DNA of 52,854 bases, counting the filler, from Bipalium vagum (taxonomy: Eukaryota): assembly GCA_037834085.1 (NCBI GenBank). It is 3 parts of 3 records of this genome, joined end to end, with 100 filler letters (N's around TTAATTAATTAA, not from the genome) between each part and the next. Parts side by side here need not be neighbours in the genome. Positions count along the whole stretch, not along the records: positions 33,928 to 52,854 come from JBBMKC010015299.1; 2 more parts are not named here. One strand, 5' to 3'. Shown here piece after piece: positions 36,706-49,182 of the stretch (positions within the stretch are counted from its first letter, which is position 1; every line of letters starts with the position of its first letter). A program made the position numbers and the translations under genes. The notes under the pieces are model-generated. The model searched no databases. It saw only the letters and a list, made by a program, of their open reading frames with translations, and was not told where the DNA came from.

Positions 36706-39700
36706 ATGATTAGTATATCAAGGTTCATTAAATTGTCGATATTTTTCATTGTTATCATTGGAAATGTCAATTGTTGGGATTCACAAGAAATGCAGATGTT
36801 TGATTTAGTTGAAGAACTTAAAGAAAATTTTTATGATTTCCTGGGTGTGTCTCAAGTATGTCTTACATTTCATTTTTAAATTATGTAGCCAAAACCTAGA
36901 ATGCAACTAGTTCAGAAATTGGGAAGGCGTATAGAAAGCTGACATTACGCTATCATCCTGATAGAAACCCTGGTGCTGAGAATGCAGTGAAATTTCGTCA
37001 ATTGGTATCGATTTATGAGATATTGAAAGATGACCAGTTGAGAGAAAGGTAAACATTAGTAATTGATTCAAAGAATTTTCGAAATAAAGTAATCAATAAT
37101 CAACGTGTTAATGGGTTCAACTTTTCATATATTTAACTAGGTATAATGATGTATTGAAGCACGGGTTACCGGATTGGAGAATGCCATCCTTCTATTACAG
37201 AAAGCTTAGGAAAATGCCTCTTGTTGAAATAATAGCTTTGTTTTCGATTCTTGCAACATTGATCCATTATGCGTGTTTGTGGGGTGTATATATGGAGAAG
37301 AAACTGGACATGGTTAATTGACTTATCTACTATTGAACTTATTTTCTCTTTAGGAGGACTATCTTAATAAATTGTTCCGCCGTAGAAAGGTACACGATCG
37401 CAAGAAAGGGAAAGACAGTGCGGAAAACGAAATCAATCAAAAACTGAAAACAATTCCTAAACCGGTCTTCAAGGACATATTACCATTTGCGATTGTCATG
37501 TTCATTTATTCCACGATAAAGGCGACGCCACATCACCTGAAAATATTGTACAATATAGTTTGGAAAGAGATCGATAAAAAATTTGCCGAGGAACGGAAAA
37601 CAAAAGCCAAAGCCGGTTGGTATTTGTTTCTGATGAAGACTTTCTGATCTAAAATAATTTTAAATAAATTAAGACAGAGATTAATTTTTAATGTTTTATG
37701 TAATATTAGAGGAAAGAAAGAAGCTGGGCGAAATGAAAAAGTTGAAGAAAGAGCGAAAAATTGCACTGTCCAAAGAACAGTCTGAATTGCGAAAGGCCTA
37801 CGAGTTGGCTAAAAAGAACGCGATGATGCTTCCTGTGGAGACATTCTCTGATGTACCACTGGAGATACAGGGGGGTAAATCTGAGGAGAGAGAAGAGCTT
37901 GTGAGATTTACATATTCTCTTTAATCGTTAACTTTGCTTTAGGAACCGATTGGTGAATGGAAAGATGAAAATACCATTCTTCTAATTAAGGCTCTCACAA
38001 AATACCCGTCCGGTGTCAGAGATCGGTGGATAAAAATCAGCGAAATGGTCAAAAGACCTATATCGGAAGTGACGGACAAAGTAAAGGAGATACAGCAAAA
38101 GAGCAAAGAAGGAAAAATTCCAATTCAACAAAGAATGCAAAGTCAATAATTGTAAAGCGAGAAATATATATAATAATTTAATAACTCCTAGGCTCCCTTG
38201 GTGATGGCGTAGCAGATCAAATAGAACAGGAAAAAAATAGAGAAAATCTACTTTTTATTCCGAGTATTTTGCAATACGACAATGAAATTTCTTCCGACGA
38301 GAAAGAGGAAGACACGGAGTTCAAAAGTAAAGCCCAGATGAAAAAAGAACGAAAGAAGATGGCTAAACAGTCCGTTTCTAGTTTTGTCACTAAGCCAATG
38401 GTAACCGTGGAAAATGAATCGGAAAATATAGGTAATATGATAATAATTTTAATCAAAAAGAAAAGTATTCATTTTTTATTGGAAACATACTAAATAAGGA
38501 CAGTAATATCAAAGTAAAAGTTATTTGATAAGTGAATGGGTTGAAATCATGTGCTAATCGATATCGTCTCATTAGCAATTTTTTGTCCTTAGAGTTGAAA
38601 CAGTTAACTTTCATTTACAATCTTTCAAATTAAAAAAAGCTTTGATCGTGCAGAATATGTGCCATTAACAGGAAAAGATAATAATCTTGTAGCAGAAGGT
38701 CCAGTCTTTGAATCTGATCAAAGTTCATCAACAGATATGATATTATTTCCAGCTTTCTTGAAATGTGCGATTGTCTTGCTTCGTTTTTTGAATTGACAAA
38801 TACTCGGTCTTTTCCCAAGTACAGTTCCATTGTTTGCAATTAAACCAAAGTAAATTAAAAAAATTATATTCATGGTTTTTGAGAGTCTTTCTCCTTTTAA
38901 TTCCGCGTTCCAAAATTATCCGGAATCCAGAAATTAATTGGTTATTAATAATTTGTCTGGTTCCTTAAAAAATTTTAGATGAAAGTTACTATTTAGTAAA
39001 TGAAACGATCTTCCTATAATTTTTGTTTGCTTCGAGGGTGAAAATGGTTAATCTTCATATTAATTTATAGTTTAATCAATTAAACAACGTTGTGAAATAA
39101 CGTGGAACTAAAAAAATTAACTTTGGTAATTCTTTAGTAAAGTGGCATAAAATTGACATCAGTTTCATGAATGGAGTAAATAAATAAGATATTTGAACAA
39201 AAATTCTATTTAGTGTAAGAATATAAAGTTTAATGGTAAGTAAATCTACAAATAAAGGCGGAAAACGTCTAACTGTTCTTATGCCATTCACACCAATTGA
39301 ATTAATTATGTGATGTGAACAAGGCCTCAGATGCGTCAAACTGTTTATCTTTAACTCGTTTTCAATGTTCTGAGTGTGGATGGCGTGAAAAGCATGCACA
39401 AAATGATCTTGATAGACATTTAGTCCAAAAAGACGATCACATTGGTAACAATATTTACTGCTTAGAATGAGTCTACTTTGAGAAAGCTACGGCTAATAAG
39501 TCATGGTTTTTGGGATGATTATCGAGGTACAATAAACTAAAGTCTTTCAAAATGTCTTCTAGAGGTAAGAGATAGTTTGAGATGAAAGTGTGTTGGGATG
39601 AGGTCAGGCGAATATGCCAGATTAGATAGAATCTCCCAAACGAGTTTCTCAATGACTGATCTTGTCAGTTTAGCAGTATGCGGTCGAGATCTGTCATGCA

Positions 39701-42335
39701 TTGTCACTTGATGTTGACTATCAGGTCGTGTCTCACAAATTGCTGCTTTTAATCGTACCGACTGTACGGGGTTCATTCAAACCTTAAGCATTGTCTTTCG
39801 GGGATGAAGATCTGGTTTTGTCCACGATGTTGGTTGCTGATCTCGATCCAACCATTCTTTCCTTTGTTTTAAATTAATATAAACAATTTAATTTAGTACA
39901 AAAAGTTCAAGGATATTTAACATTGTCCTAAATAATTGAGCTTAAGTTTGAATTAGAATTATTGGAATTTAATTCGTAATACACTGAAAAATTATATTGT
40001 TTAGAGAAATCAATAAACATTGATTTAAGCGATCTGCTATCTAAAGATCATACTATTAACAATGTTCTGAAAAAACAATATCCGTATGGCTTATATATGA
40101 TATGTAATTATATTATATTGATTATGTCAAAAAAATCTGAAACATTAAATTTTCAATGAATATCTAAATATAAATTAAATAGCTTAAATTTTTGTAATCA
40201 ATGATGATTTTAACAATATAAAGTCAAATTTCTTGATCAAAAAATCAAAAATGCTTGTTAATAAGTTTTACTTGTCATTATTAGTTTACAGTTTCAAAAA
40301 ACAGTGCTTTAAAATTCTTGGAAGTTAATCTACAAATTAAACTTCATTTCTTGATTGTTAATGATTTTTTTCTATATTAAGAATACCATTCTCTAAAATC
40401 AAAATCTAGTTTAATATACAGAATGTATTGAAAAATCACTTCAAATTGAGTCTCAAACAAAAACGTGTTTTGTTGATTGAATATTGTAAATATTATTTGA
40501 ACCGAGGGAAATGAATAAAAATTTTGCTTTTTTAATCCGTATCAATATTTATACTGTCCTTTGGAAATGTATTGGGTCAATAAGTTTGCAAGAAATACCT
40601 TGCCTGTGTGCTTTTGTGCTGTTTTTATAGAAGAATATCTTTTCAATTTTAAGACATTACTGATTTGATCATTTTTGGTTCTCATTTTATTTTTCTGTTG
40701 AGAGAGTGAGAATTTAATTATAAATCTTGAGAGATTTCCATTTTTCAAATCAAGAGTTCTCGTTTTAATAAGTTCGTTTCTAGATATCGATCGTTGTTCA
40801 ATGTAATATTTGGTCAGTTCCCATCGATATTTTGCAGTATAGAGAATAATAATAATTTTTCTTATAAAAATATTTTATTAAATATATATTTAATCGATTA
40901 TAAATCAGTCGATATGATACAAATTTTTTTATGTATTGTAGAAAAGTTTTCATTATCATTTCACCATTAATCTGATTTAAGGTATCAATATTTCGACCAT
41001 AAAAAAATTTTCTTTGAACACTGTACATTCTAGGTTTCCATTAAATTATTGTGTACTTTTTAAATATGTTACGCTTTATATTACTATGAAACCTTTTCTT
41101 AACACTTAGCTCGTTATTTTACGGACTCCTTCACTTATGTCAATGACGTGTTCGAAAACAATTGAATCAAAATGATCACAATAAAAATTTATTTCACTAA
41201 CACATGAATGAATGTCACACAACAAATACATCTTTAATTTTGGTAATGATCATTTTTCTCCCTGAAACATCCAAACAGTTGACTGCTGCATTTTTTCGGT
41301 TTCATATGAGTATATCTACTGACGATATCATAAACATGTTTTGAGGTTCCCAGCTTAAACTTATCGACCACATGTTTGCAATAATTAACGCGATCTCATT
41401 TTTGATCAATGTAAAGATATGCGGTATTCAACGAGAACATTGCTTTCTGACATCCAAGTGTTCATGTAAAATATAATGGATTGGAGTCCGAGATATGTTC
41501 AATGATGTCTGAATTTTATCTTAAGTTGTCGGACGATCTTCAATTAATTTCCAAATAACTTGAATATTTTTAATTGGATACTTGTTTTTGAACGACTTTC
41601 TCTGAAATCATTACCCAAAGAGACGCGTCCAGGCATAAATTTATGAAACCATCGATACATCGTAGTTTTCGATGAAGCAGGAAATACCAAATTTCGAGAC
41701 ATTGCTGCTGAGTCAATCTTATAAATATAAAAATCATATGACTCCACTGGTTTTATTTATAAGTTTATATTTCAAATGCACTTAATTTTTAAAAATTAAA
41801 AAAAAATTTTTGGTTGGAATAAATTACACTATTAAACCGTTTCATTTTTCATTATATCTTCTCCATATATTGTATTTGGACTGCAAAAAAATCGTTTTTT
41901 CAACCTTCAACTTATTTGTGAAACTTTTTAGATCAAGAAAACGTTGCTGTCAATGAGGATGAATCCAACTGTCAGGTTAGGAAGAAACCAAGGAAAAAAG
42001 CTAGTTATTTGGAATCGGAATCGATTGAAAGCAACCTAGAATCTATTTGGACTCAGACTGAACAGAAACAGTTGGAAGATGCGATGCGCACCTTTCCCAA
42101 TGGTACCACTAATCGATGGGATCGAATTGCGCAGAAAATTCCCACCAAATCAAAGGTTTGTTAAGTTTTTGAGCGATTGATTATTTTTGTGTGGGGTATT
42201 GGAAGAAATTGAGATTGACTTTTTTTTCACCAGGCTCAATGCATTGATAGAATCAAAAAGTTGTCACAGGCCGTTCAACTGAAGCAGTCCATGGACACAA
42301 GCACAACTACCACCATGACCACGAAGACAATATGA
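36706..42335 (+). CDS. DNAJC1: DnaJ homolog subfamily C member 1 (ERdj1/MTJ1); exons 36706-36855, 36900-37048, 37141-37312, 37354-37615, 37710-37900, 37943-38141, 38192-38431, 41932-42155, 42234-42335
   Basis: Signal peptide, WDSQEMQMFDLVEELKENFYDFLGV, J domain with HPD (AYRKLTLRYHPDRN), GLPDWRMPSFYYRKLRK, a TM helix, SANT/Myb 1 (EWKDENTILLIKALTKYPSGVRDRWIKISE) and SANT/Myb 2 (WTQTEQKQLEDAMRTFPNGTTNRWDRIAQKIPTKSK|AQCIDR). All introns are GT-AG and phase-compatible; the intron 6 donor GTCAAT is weak. Confidence 0.93.
39537..39830 (-). mobile_element. Mariner fragment in DNAJC1 intron 7
   Basis: MHDRSRPHTAKLTRSVIEKLVWEILSNLAYSPDLIPTHFHL matches HDNARPHTA...WE.L.HP.YSPDLAP.D.HL. Confidence 0.8.
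41380..41720 (-). mobile_element. Mariner N-terminal fragment in DNAJC1 intron 7
   Basis: SKTTMYRWFHKFMPGRVSLGNDFRESRSKT resembles S.TTVY.WF..F..GR.SL.D..R.GRPKT. Confidence 0.65.
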
Positions 42336-42835
42336 AGTGGTATTTTTTGAAAGCGTCTATTCTTTTTTGATATCGTTCTCGTATTGTCCTAGTTGGTATT
42401 GTGATCTAAATAAATATATATATATTTATCTTCATTTGGCTTGTTTTGATGTTTTCCTCACATTTGCCTTAGATTCTAAATTATTTTTTCTAGCTTGGAT
42501 TTTGTATTAATTTGTCTTTTATTTACATTTTTAATAAATATATACTTTAATTTAATTCATTACATTTCTCGTTTTAGTTTTGCACTTATGTATATAAAAA
42601 TTAAATGTAATTTGTGGTTAGCATTTAGTCTTTGGACGAAAGTCTTTGTATACAGTGATATCTAAAAAATATTGTTTTTAAATTGCATATTTTTCGATTG
42701 TGGAGAAATTTATCAGATAATAATTTTCTAATTTGTTCATGAGTTTTATTTTACCTTTAATTAATCTTAGAGTACTATATTTATAAATCTTCTCTAAAAG
42801 ATACAATGAATAATTTTCGGTATTTTTTATTGTGG

Positions 42836-44210
42836 TGTTGGGATCCATAGAAAAAGAGGTCCCAGCACCCATCAAACCATAATCAGTCCACAAAGGAGAC
42901 CGAACCGCTACGACCAGAACAAGAGCTTATAGAGAATGATTCTCCAAAGCTCGTAATGGACTTAAAACTAATATTTTTAACTGTGAAATTTGCATGAAAA
43001 AGCTTTATTAGGCTTACTTTTTATAAGTCATTTTATAAAAATAATAATATTTAAATTATAAATTTGTTTTTAATTAAAATATAATAATAATAGTTTAAAC
43101 TGCGGGTTGAAGTTAATAAAAACTTAATCCACAAAATTAATAAAAATATTAAGGTGAATAATCACCAAGTAAAGAATGAAAAACTTTCTATAAATACATT
43201 AATATGATTGAATAATAATATGTGGATGAAAATATTTAGTAAGTTCTATAATATAAGAACTTTACTAAAATAGCAAAAACCCACATCTTACTCTATTATT
43301 GGAAAGTTTTATTTTAAAACAATCAAGAGAGCAGGAATGTGAAAATCAGGAGTATAGAAAAACTTGATTTTCGCATTCAATTCACACTTAACTCTGTCTT
43401 AACAAGTTACAGTCGGTAATAAAAAAGTTAAGTAAAATACGCTTTTTATAAATCTCTCTTTTGAGTCAAGTAAATTAATTAACTAATACTCAACGGATTC
43501 AGAGTGTTGGGATCCATAGAAAAAGAGGTCCCAGCACCAATCAACTCAAATTCAAAGCCCGCAAAGGAACCGGAGCCGCTACAGACAGAACAAGAGCTAA
43601 TGGAGAATGATTCTCCAAAGCTCATAATTGACAATTAATAAACATTTTGATTTTGAAAATTTGCATGAAAAATCCTTGTTAGGCTTACTTTCTTTTATAT
43701 TTTGACTCTTTTTATGTTATTTTATATATTTCAGCTTATATTTTATAAAAAATAATAATATTTAAATTATATCAGTTAATATAAATAAATAAAATAATAA
43801 TAATAAATTGTTGGTTGAAGTTAATTAAAACTTAACCCACAAAATTGGTAAAAATAATTATAATGAGTAATAATGAATAATAATAAATCAGAAATAAAAC
43901 TTATTAAAATACATTAGTATGAGAAAATATTAATATGAGTGAGGCTATATTTAGTAAGTTCTATAATATAAGAACTTTCCTAAAATAGCAAAAACCCACA
44001 TCTTACACTATTAATGGAAAGTTTTATTTTCCACCAGTCAAGAGATCAGGAATGTGAAAATCAGAAGTATATAAGCTCTTGGTTTTCTCATTCAAATCGA
44101 AATTAACTTCGCATCGACAAGTTAAGCTGGTAAAAGGTATTTAAAAAGGTACATCGATCTCTTTTGAGAGAATTCTAAATAATTAAATAATCATTAACGT
44201 ATTCAGAGCA
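42836..44210. repeat. Two diverged head-to-tail copies of a ~670-700 bp LTR-like unit (42836-43504 and 43505-44210)
   Basis: Both begin TGTTGGGATCCATAGAAAAAGAGGTCCCAGCACC and share internal blocks such as ggagaatgattctccaaagctc-like and agtaagttctataatataagaacttt. They end ...ATTCAGAG and ...ATTCAGAGCA (TG...CA). Confidence 0.8.
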
Positions 44211-44554
44211 AATACTCTGCGATACGTTCTTTTTATTATATCTTCTCATTTCTGTTTTTTATTTTCTTTGCAATTCGATTCTGCTTCGCTCTAGGCGACA
44301 GAAGACATATTTTAAACATCAGGGCTTCTTCGGTTATCTTAAAAAACCAAGAAGACTTTAATTAATTAATATTATAAGTGTGATAAGAAAGATTTGTATT
44401 TGTTTTACAAAATATATTTTTGTATTAAAATTTGTGTCATCTTAGTTGATTTAATTAGACTTAGTTCGTATCTTAGAACACCTATTTGTTACACTACCGT
44501 TGACGTAGTTGGTGAGCCCATTTCTAACCAATATAATGTTGCATTTTTATATTT

Positions 44555-45997
44555 TTGACACATCACAACACAAATGGTCAAATAGAAAGACAATTCAGAA
44601 CCGTTTACGATTTGTTGAACGCAACTCTAAGCGAAAGATGGACAAACGACTGGGCTGAGATCCTGCCAGAAGTAGAATTTGCTCTCAATTCTACGCTACA
44701 GAAAACAATCAGAATAAGTCTGGTTGAAATGGTGCTTGGTAGAAAGATCTACAGAGATAGAATATATAAGGCAGCTGAAGAACGGATTTCAAAAATAAAA
44801 GATAATACAAAGAGGACATTTGCCGTAGGAGAAAAAGTGCCAGTGAAAGCCGTAGCTCGAAGAAAAGAAAATGAAAGATATGAAGGACCATATGAGATCT
44901 TCCTAAAAGTCCATGACCGAAGATACGTTTTACAAAAGCCAAACGGAAAAAGAATTGAAAGGAATGTCGAGAAAATTAAAAAATTTTTAAGAATGGGGGT
45001 ATGCGGAGGCTAATCAGACCTGGGGAATTTTTTAATTATTTTTTAAATAAATATAAATATAAATATATAAATAAATATAAATAAATAAACTTATTTATAA
45101 TATAAACAATAAGTTACTAAAAATAGAAATCAGGGAAGAAATTTTATAAGAAAATGGTAAAAATAGAAGCAAAGTAAAGTAGCAAAATTATTTAAAGGAA
45201 AAGAGGCTTACTAATTATAAAGAAAAAAGAAAAAAATTATATATAAGAAAACAAAAATTTTAAAAGATCACAACAACAAAAATTTTTAATACACGGTTAG
45301 TTAACAGTTGCAAACTTCTCAATGCCATTAAAAATTTTAACAAGTTCTTTTAACGAGATCAACCTGCGCTGAGTAAATACAGAAGACGGCCACCAAAGCG
45401 TTAAGTTTATTCTTAATCAGATACAGCAGAAGTTTTAAGCTCATTCATAAAGCAGACCTCCACAAAAGTATCAAGTTCAACCAGACGACAGACCTCCACT
45501 AAAGTCTTAAAATCAATTGCTAACAGATTTAGCAGCTTTCCAAAGCCTACGGTACCAAAAAGCAATATATAAAGGCTCACGTAATAAGTTAAAAGAGGTG
45601 AAAGAGAAAAGAAGAGATAATATAAAAACATATATTCTGATAAAACAAACAAAAACCGAATTCAAATAGAACTATAAGGAACAGCAACCAAAGTCTAAAT
45701 CGGTGAACATCCAGAGTCATTAGAACTGAATCCGTGAATTGAATATAATCAAAAAGCAATCTACCAAGAAGAAGAAAGAATTTTTATGCCTTTATCTTTT
45801 ATTGCAAAAGTAAATTTTTAAATTATTGGCTTGTTGCAAGATTTTGTAACAAAGTTTCATTCTAATTACAGCGTTTGTATCATTTATATTTTAAATTTTT
45901 ATTCGTGTTTTATGTTCATACTTTTTATAACTTTCAGTGACAGTTTAAAGAAATTTTAAATTTAAAAGTAAATTCAACATTCTAATACGTATCCGTA
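44555..45997 (+). mobile_element. Ty3/Gypsy retrotransposon 3' remnant: integrase C-terminal half, polypurine tract and putative LTR from 45002
   Basis: HHNTNGQIERQFRTV...WAEILPEVEFALNST...EMVLGR...FAVGEKV.VK...RYEGPYEI (GPY/F module). The purine tract AAGAATGGGGGTA is followed by TGCGGAGG. The LTR end at TCCGTA (45997) is tentative. Confidence 0.8.
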
Positions 45998-46009
45998 AAG
46001 TTATTGGTA

Positions 46010-46584
46010 TGTTAAAGTTAGTTATATATATTTATAATATAATATAAAACTAGCTTGGAACCGAAGGTTCATAAGACTAGCATCTATCTAAAATAACTAT
46101 TTTATAATTTAGCATTTTCAATATTAAGCAGGCGTGTCTTGTTAGACAAGGCACAGTTTGTATTAAATAAGTAATTAAGTACTCAGGCCAGGACCTGAGG
46201 ATCATTTAATTTTTTTGTCCCTATCTCTTATTATTTTGTTTTGTTATTTGTTTATTGTTCGTATTTCACACGCTAAGTAGGGCGGTGAAATATATTTTTT
46301 TCTTCATTGAGGACCTCTGAGCCTAAGTGGGAGAGGATTTTTTATAAATAACAATTATAATTAATAAACTCATATTTATCAGTCAAGATCGATATCAGTC
46401 ATTTGTAATTTTAAACTTTATTTTAAACCGAAATAAAAGTATTAAAGGAACAATTGTTTTCTTAGTTAATTTAAATAAATATAAACGAACACGCCCATAA
46501 GCAACCTTCAACCGTTGAGACCTAAGCAGTATTTACGCTCCATCTTCAACATCATCTAACTTCACCCATCTTAGGATCTTAACA
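46010..46584. repeat. Putative solo LTR, same family as 1-77
   Basis: Inverted termini TGTTAA...TTAACA; the last ~75 nt are homologous to 1-77. No clean target-site duplication, and the left boundary is tentative. Confidence 0.5.
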
Positions 46585-47793
46585 GTTCAGCACTAGTTTA
46601 CAAATCCTCATAAATTTCAATAGTCTTAAATTTTTACATCAAATTTTTAAATCTCATTTTATTGATTAAAAAGATCATTGGTTTGAAATGTTTCACTTTT
46701 CTCCACTTTAATAATTTCATATTTTTTTAAGTAGTAAAATTTCGGTTCGATTTCTTTTCAACGTTCTGTCTAAAAAGTGTATTGTATGTAGCATAAAATA
46801 TCAAATTCAAAAGTGTTTATTTTATGAAAACAATATTTAAATAATGTTGAAAGTAATTTAGGTAATTGGATTTATTCAAATATCGCATACGGATGTGAAA
46901 TAGTTTTCAATTTATAATTTTTAATTAATTCCGATTAAAAAGTTTTTTCTGCAAAAAATCTAAGAAAATTTTGGATTAGACTGATTGGTTATAGTGTATT
47001 TTCCTATTTAAAAATACGGGATTGTAAAAAAATTCTTAATAGACGAATTCGGATTAGGCTGAATATATGCTTTCATTCTGTTTATTTTCAGGATTATTTC
47101 TGGAAAATTGAGGGGTATTGTATCGATTTCATGACGTGTGATTTCTTTTATTTGGATTGAACATTTTCTTTTTCATGAGCGGACAAATTAGCATTGATCA
47201 AAGAGAGCAGTCCGTGAATAATCTGATCAGTTTCACAACTTCGAAGTGACAAATGAACTTCATTCAGGAAGACCAATAGCAGATAAGGATGTCGAATCCC
47301 AGAAAATAATCGAAAAAAATCGTCAATATAAGTCAAAGGTAAATCAGAAGGATTTTTGAACATAATTTGACCATTAATTATAATCAATAAATATTGTATC
47401 AGATTAACTGAAACATTATTTTACGAAATTATTTCAATCTGAGACATTTTACTTAAGGAATAGTTCGGAACTAATGATTTTTTTTATTCTACTCACGCAA
47501 AATGAAATGTTTCAGATTAAAAACGAAACAATCTTTCCATATTAACTGGTGATGAAGCATATAACTGCACTTATCCTTCAGAAGTAAAACATTTCAGGAA
47601 TTCAATTTCACATAATTCACGTAAAAAAAATAGAAAAATCAATGAAAAACATTTTACCAAAACACACACCATTCTTTTAGTACTTTTAAGATTAATATAC
47701 TATTTATAAAGTTAATAATACTTATTATTTATTTAAAGCATAACTTTGTCAATTAATAATTGATTATTTTATTTATAATTAATTGATATCCCG

Positions 47794-49182
47794 ATGGCCA
47801 TCTCAAAACCGAATCCAGCCCATCTGTTTTCGTCAAATAACAATAAAAATATTATATCTTATAATAAAGACTCGAGCTATTACGATCTCTTGTCGAGTTT
47901 GACTTTAAAAGTCGGAGGACAAGACAGTAACACTTGCGTCTTGATCGAAAAAAAGAGTAGTGACACTGAAGGCAATTATTTACTGTCCTGTTTATATCCC
48001 AATATTCTGGAGCAAGGTGACAACTATCAAAGCTTTGTGGAAAAAAGAAAATCTAAATCTAAATTGGCTAGAATAAACCGACTTCATATGGGCCTTCCAA
48101 GTTCTGGTGATAACCAATTTGCAAAAAATGTAACTTGTAATGATTACAATGTAGAATATTCGTTTTACAGCTACTTTTATCCATCTCAGACAGATGATGG
48201 ATTGATTCCGCTTAGTCGACACTTTGAGAAATCTGTGGGAGATAAATTACTCAGTTTCTCCACAGACGATGGTTGCAAACCTTTTGAATTGTTTTGCAAT
48301 AAAACAGATAGACGTTTGAAAATGATAGAAAAAAAGTGTCACGTCAAAATTTTAATTGGTAACATTCATGATACACTAATTAAAGGTCTACCTCGAAGAA
48401 AGGTAACAATTACGGCCAGTAAAACGGAAGCTATAGCTACGGCTTTGTCGTGTATTGAGGACATTCTACCGGAGTTATTGGAGAATGCTCTCTTTACCAA
48501 TTCTTTGAGCTGTCCCACTCAAAATTGGCCTAACTGTAACGAGTTTTTTCTAAGACCGTTAAAAAAGTCCAAATACTTTCACAAGCGATCTTTAAATTGT
48601 CCGCTTGGAAATTCGTTGTGGATCAGACAGATAGACCCGAAGAAAATATTTCCATTCAAAAGCAGTGGCATAAGTATGCGAACTTCTGACGTACGAAGTA
48701 CAAACAATGTCATCAATAAAAACGAAATGATATCTATGAATAACAATCCGGAAACACAATCCATGGAGCCTCTGTCCGCAGAACAGACGACGAAATCAAT
48801 GACGAGCACACTTTTGAAAAAGTACCTTGTCTATGACCCCTTTCCAGCTGGAGACGGAAACGAGATAAACAGTTATCATCAATCAGAAGACAGCTTCCTG
48901 TTGAACTTCAACGCAAAATTACCGGAACGAAATAGCAGTGTCAAATATCTGAAGTTTCCCCATTCTAAAGAAACGGAACAATTGTTTCAGTTCAATGCCG
49001 AAGGAAAACCGTTGAATGATAAATTTAAGGATTATCTTAAAATTTGTAAATGCAAAGTTACTAATATAAAATGTAATGTTGACAAATCTGGCAAAATATA
49101 TTATTATGTAAAAATCTATTATCAAAATACTTCACAATTGGTGAAATTGTTTCTTTTACTCAAATTTAAAGTAAAATATTGA
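47794..49182 (+). CDS. Intronless 462-aa protein of unknown function with one or two degenerate KH-fold-like segments
   Basis: ATG-initiated 1.39-kb ORF in very AT-rich DNA, more GC-rich than its flanks, with AATAAA downstream at about 49280. The segment ELFCNKTDRRLKMIEKKCHVKILIG...RRKVTITASKTEAIATALSCIEDILP has KH-like spacing but no GxxG. Confidence 0.75.
   Translation: MAISKPNPAHLFSSNNNKNIISYNKDSSYYDLLSSLTLKVGGQDSNTCVLIEKKSSDTEGNYLLSCLYPNILEQGDNYQSFVEKRKSKSKLARINRLHMGLPSSGDNQFAKNVTCNDYNVEYSFYSYFYPSQTDDGLIPLSRHFEKSVGDKLLSFSTDDGCKPFELFCNKTDRRLKMIEKKCHVKILIGNIHDTLIKGLPRRKVTITASKTEAIATALSCIEDILPELLENALFTNSLSCPTQNWPNCNEFFLRPLKKSKYFHKRSLNCPLGNSLWIRQIDPKKIFPFKSSGISMRTSDVRSTNNVINKNEMISMNNNPETQSMEPLSAEQTTKSMTSTLLKKYLVYDPFPAGDGNEINSYHQSEDSFLLNFNAKLPERNSSVKYLKFPHSKETEQLFQFNAEGKPLNDKFKDYLKICKCKVTNIKCNVDKSGKIYYYVKIYYQNTSQLVKLFLLLKFKVKY

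Noticed and set aside
38111-38141. Non-canonical GA splice donor in DNAJC1 intron 6
   Set aside because: A canonical GT at 38142 gives the right phase and a typical 50-nt intron.
46049-46081. Helitron 3' end (GAACC-GAA-GGTTC hairpin plus CTAG)
   Set aside because: CTAG is not followed by T, no 5' TC end or Rep/helicase sequence was found, and it lies inside a putative LTR.
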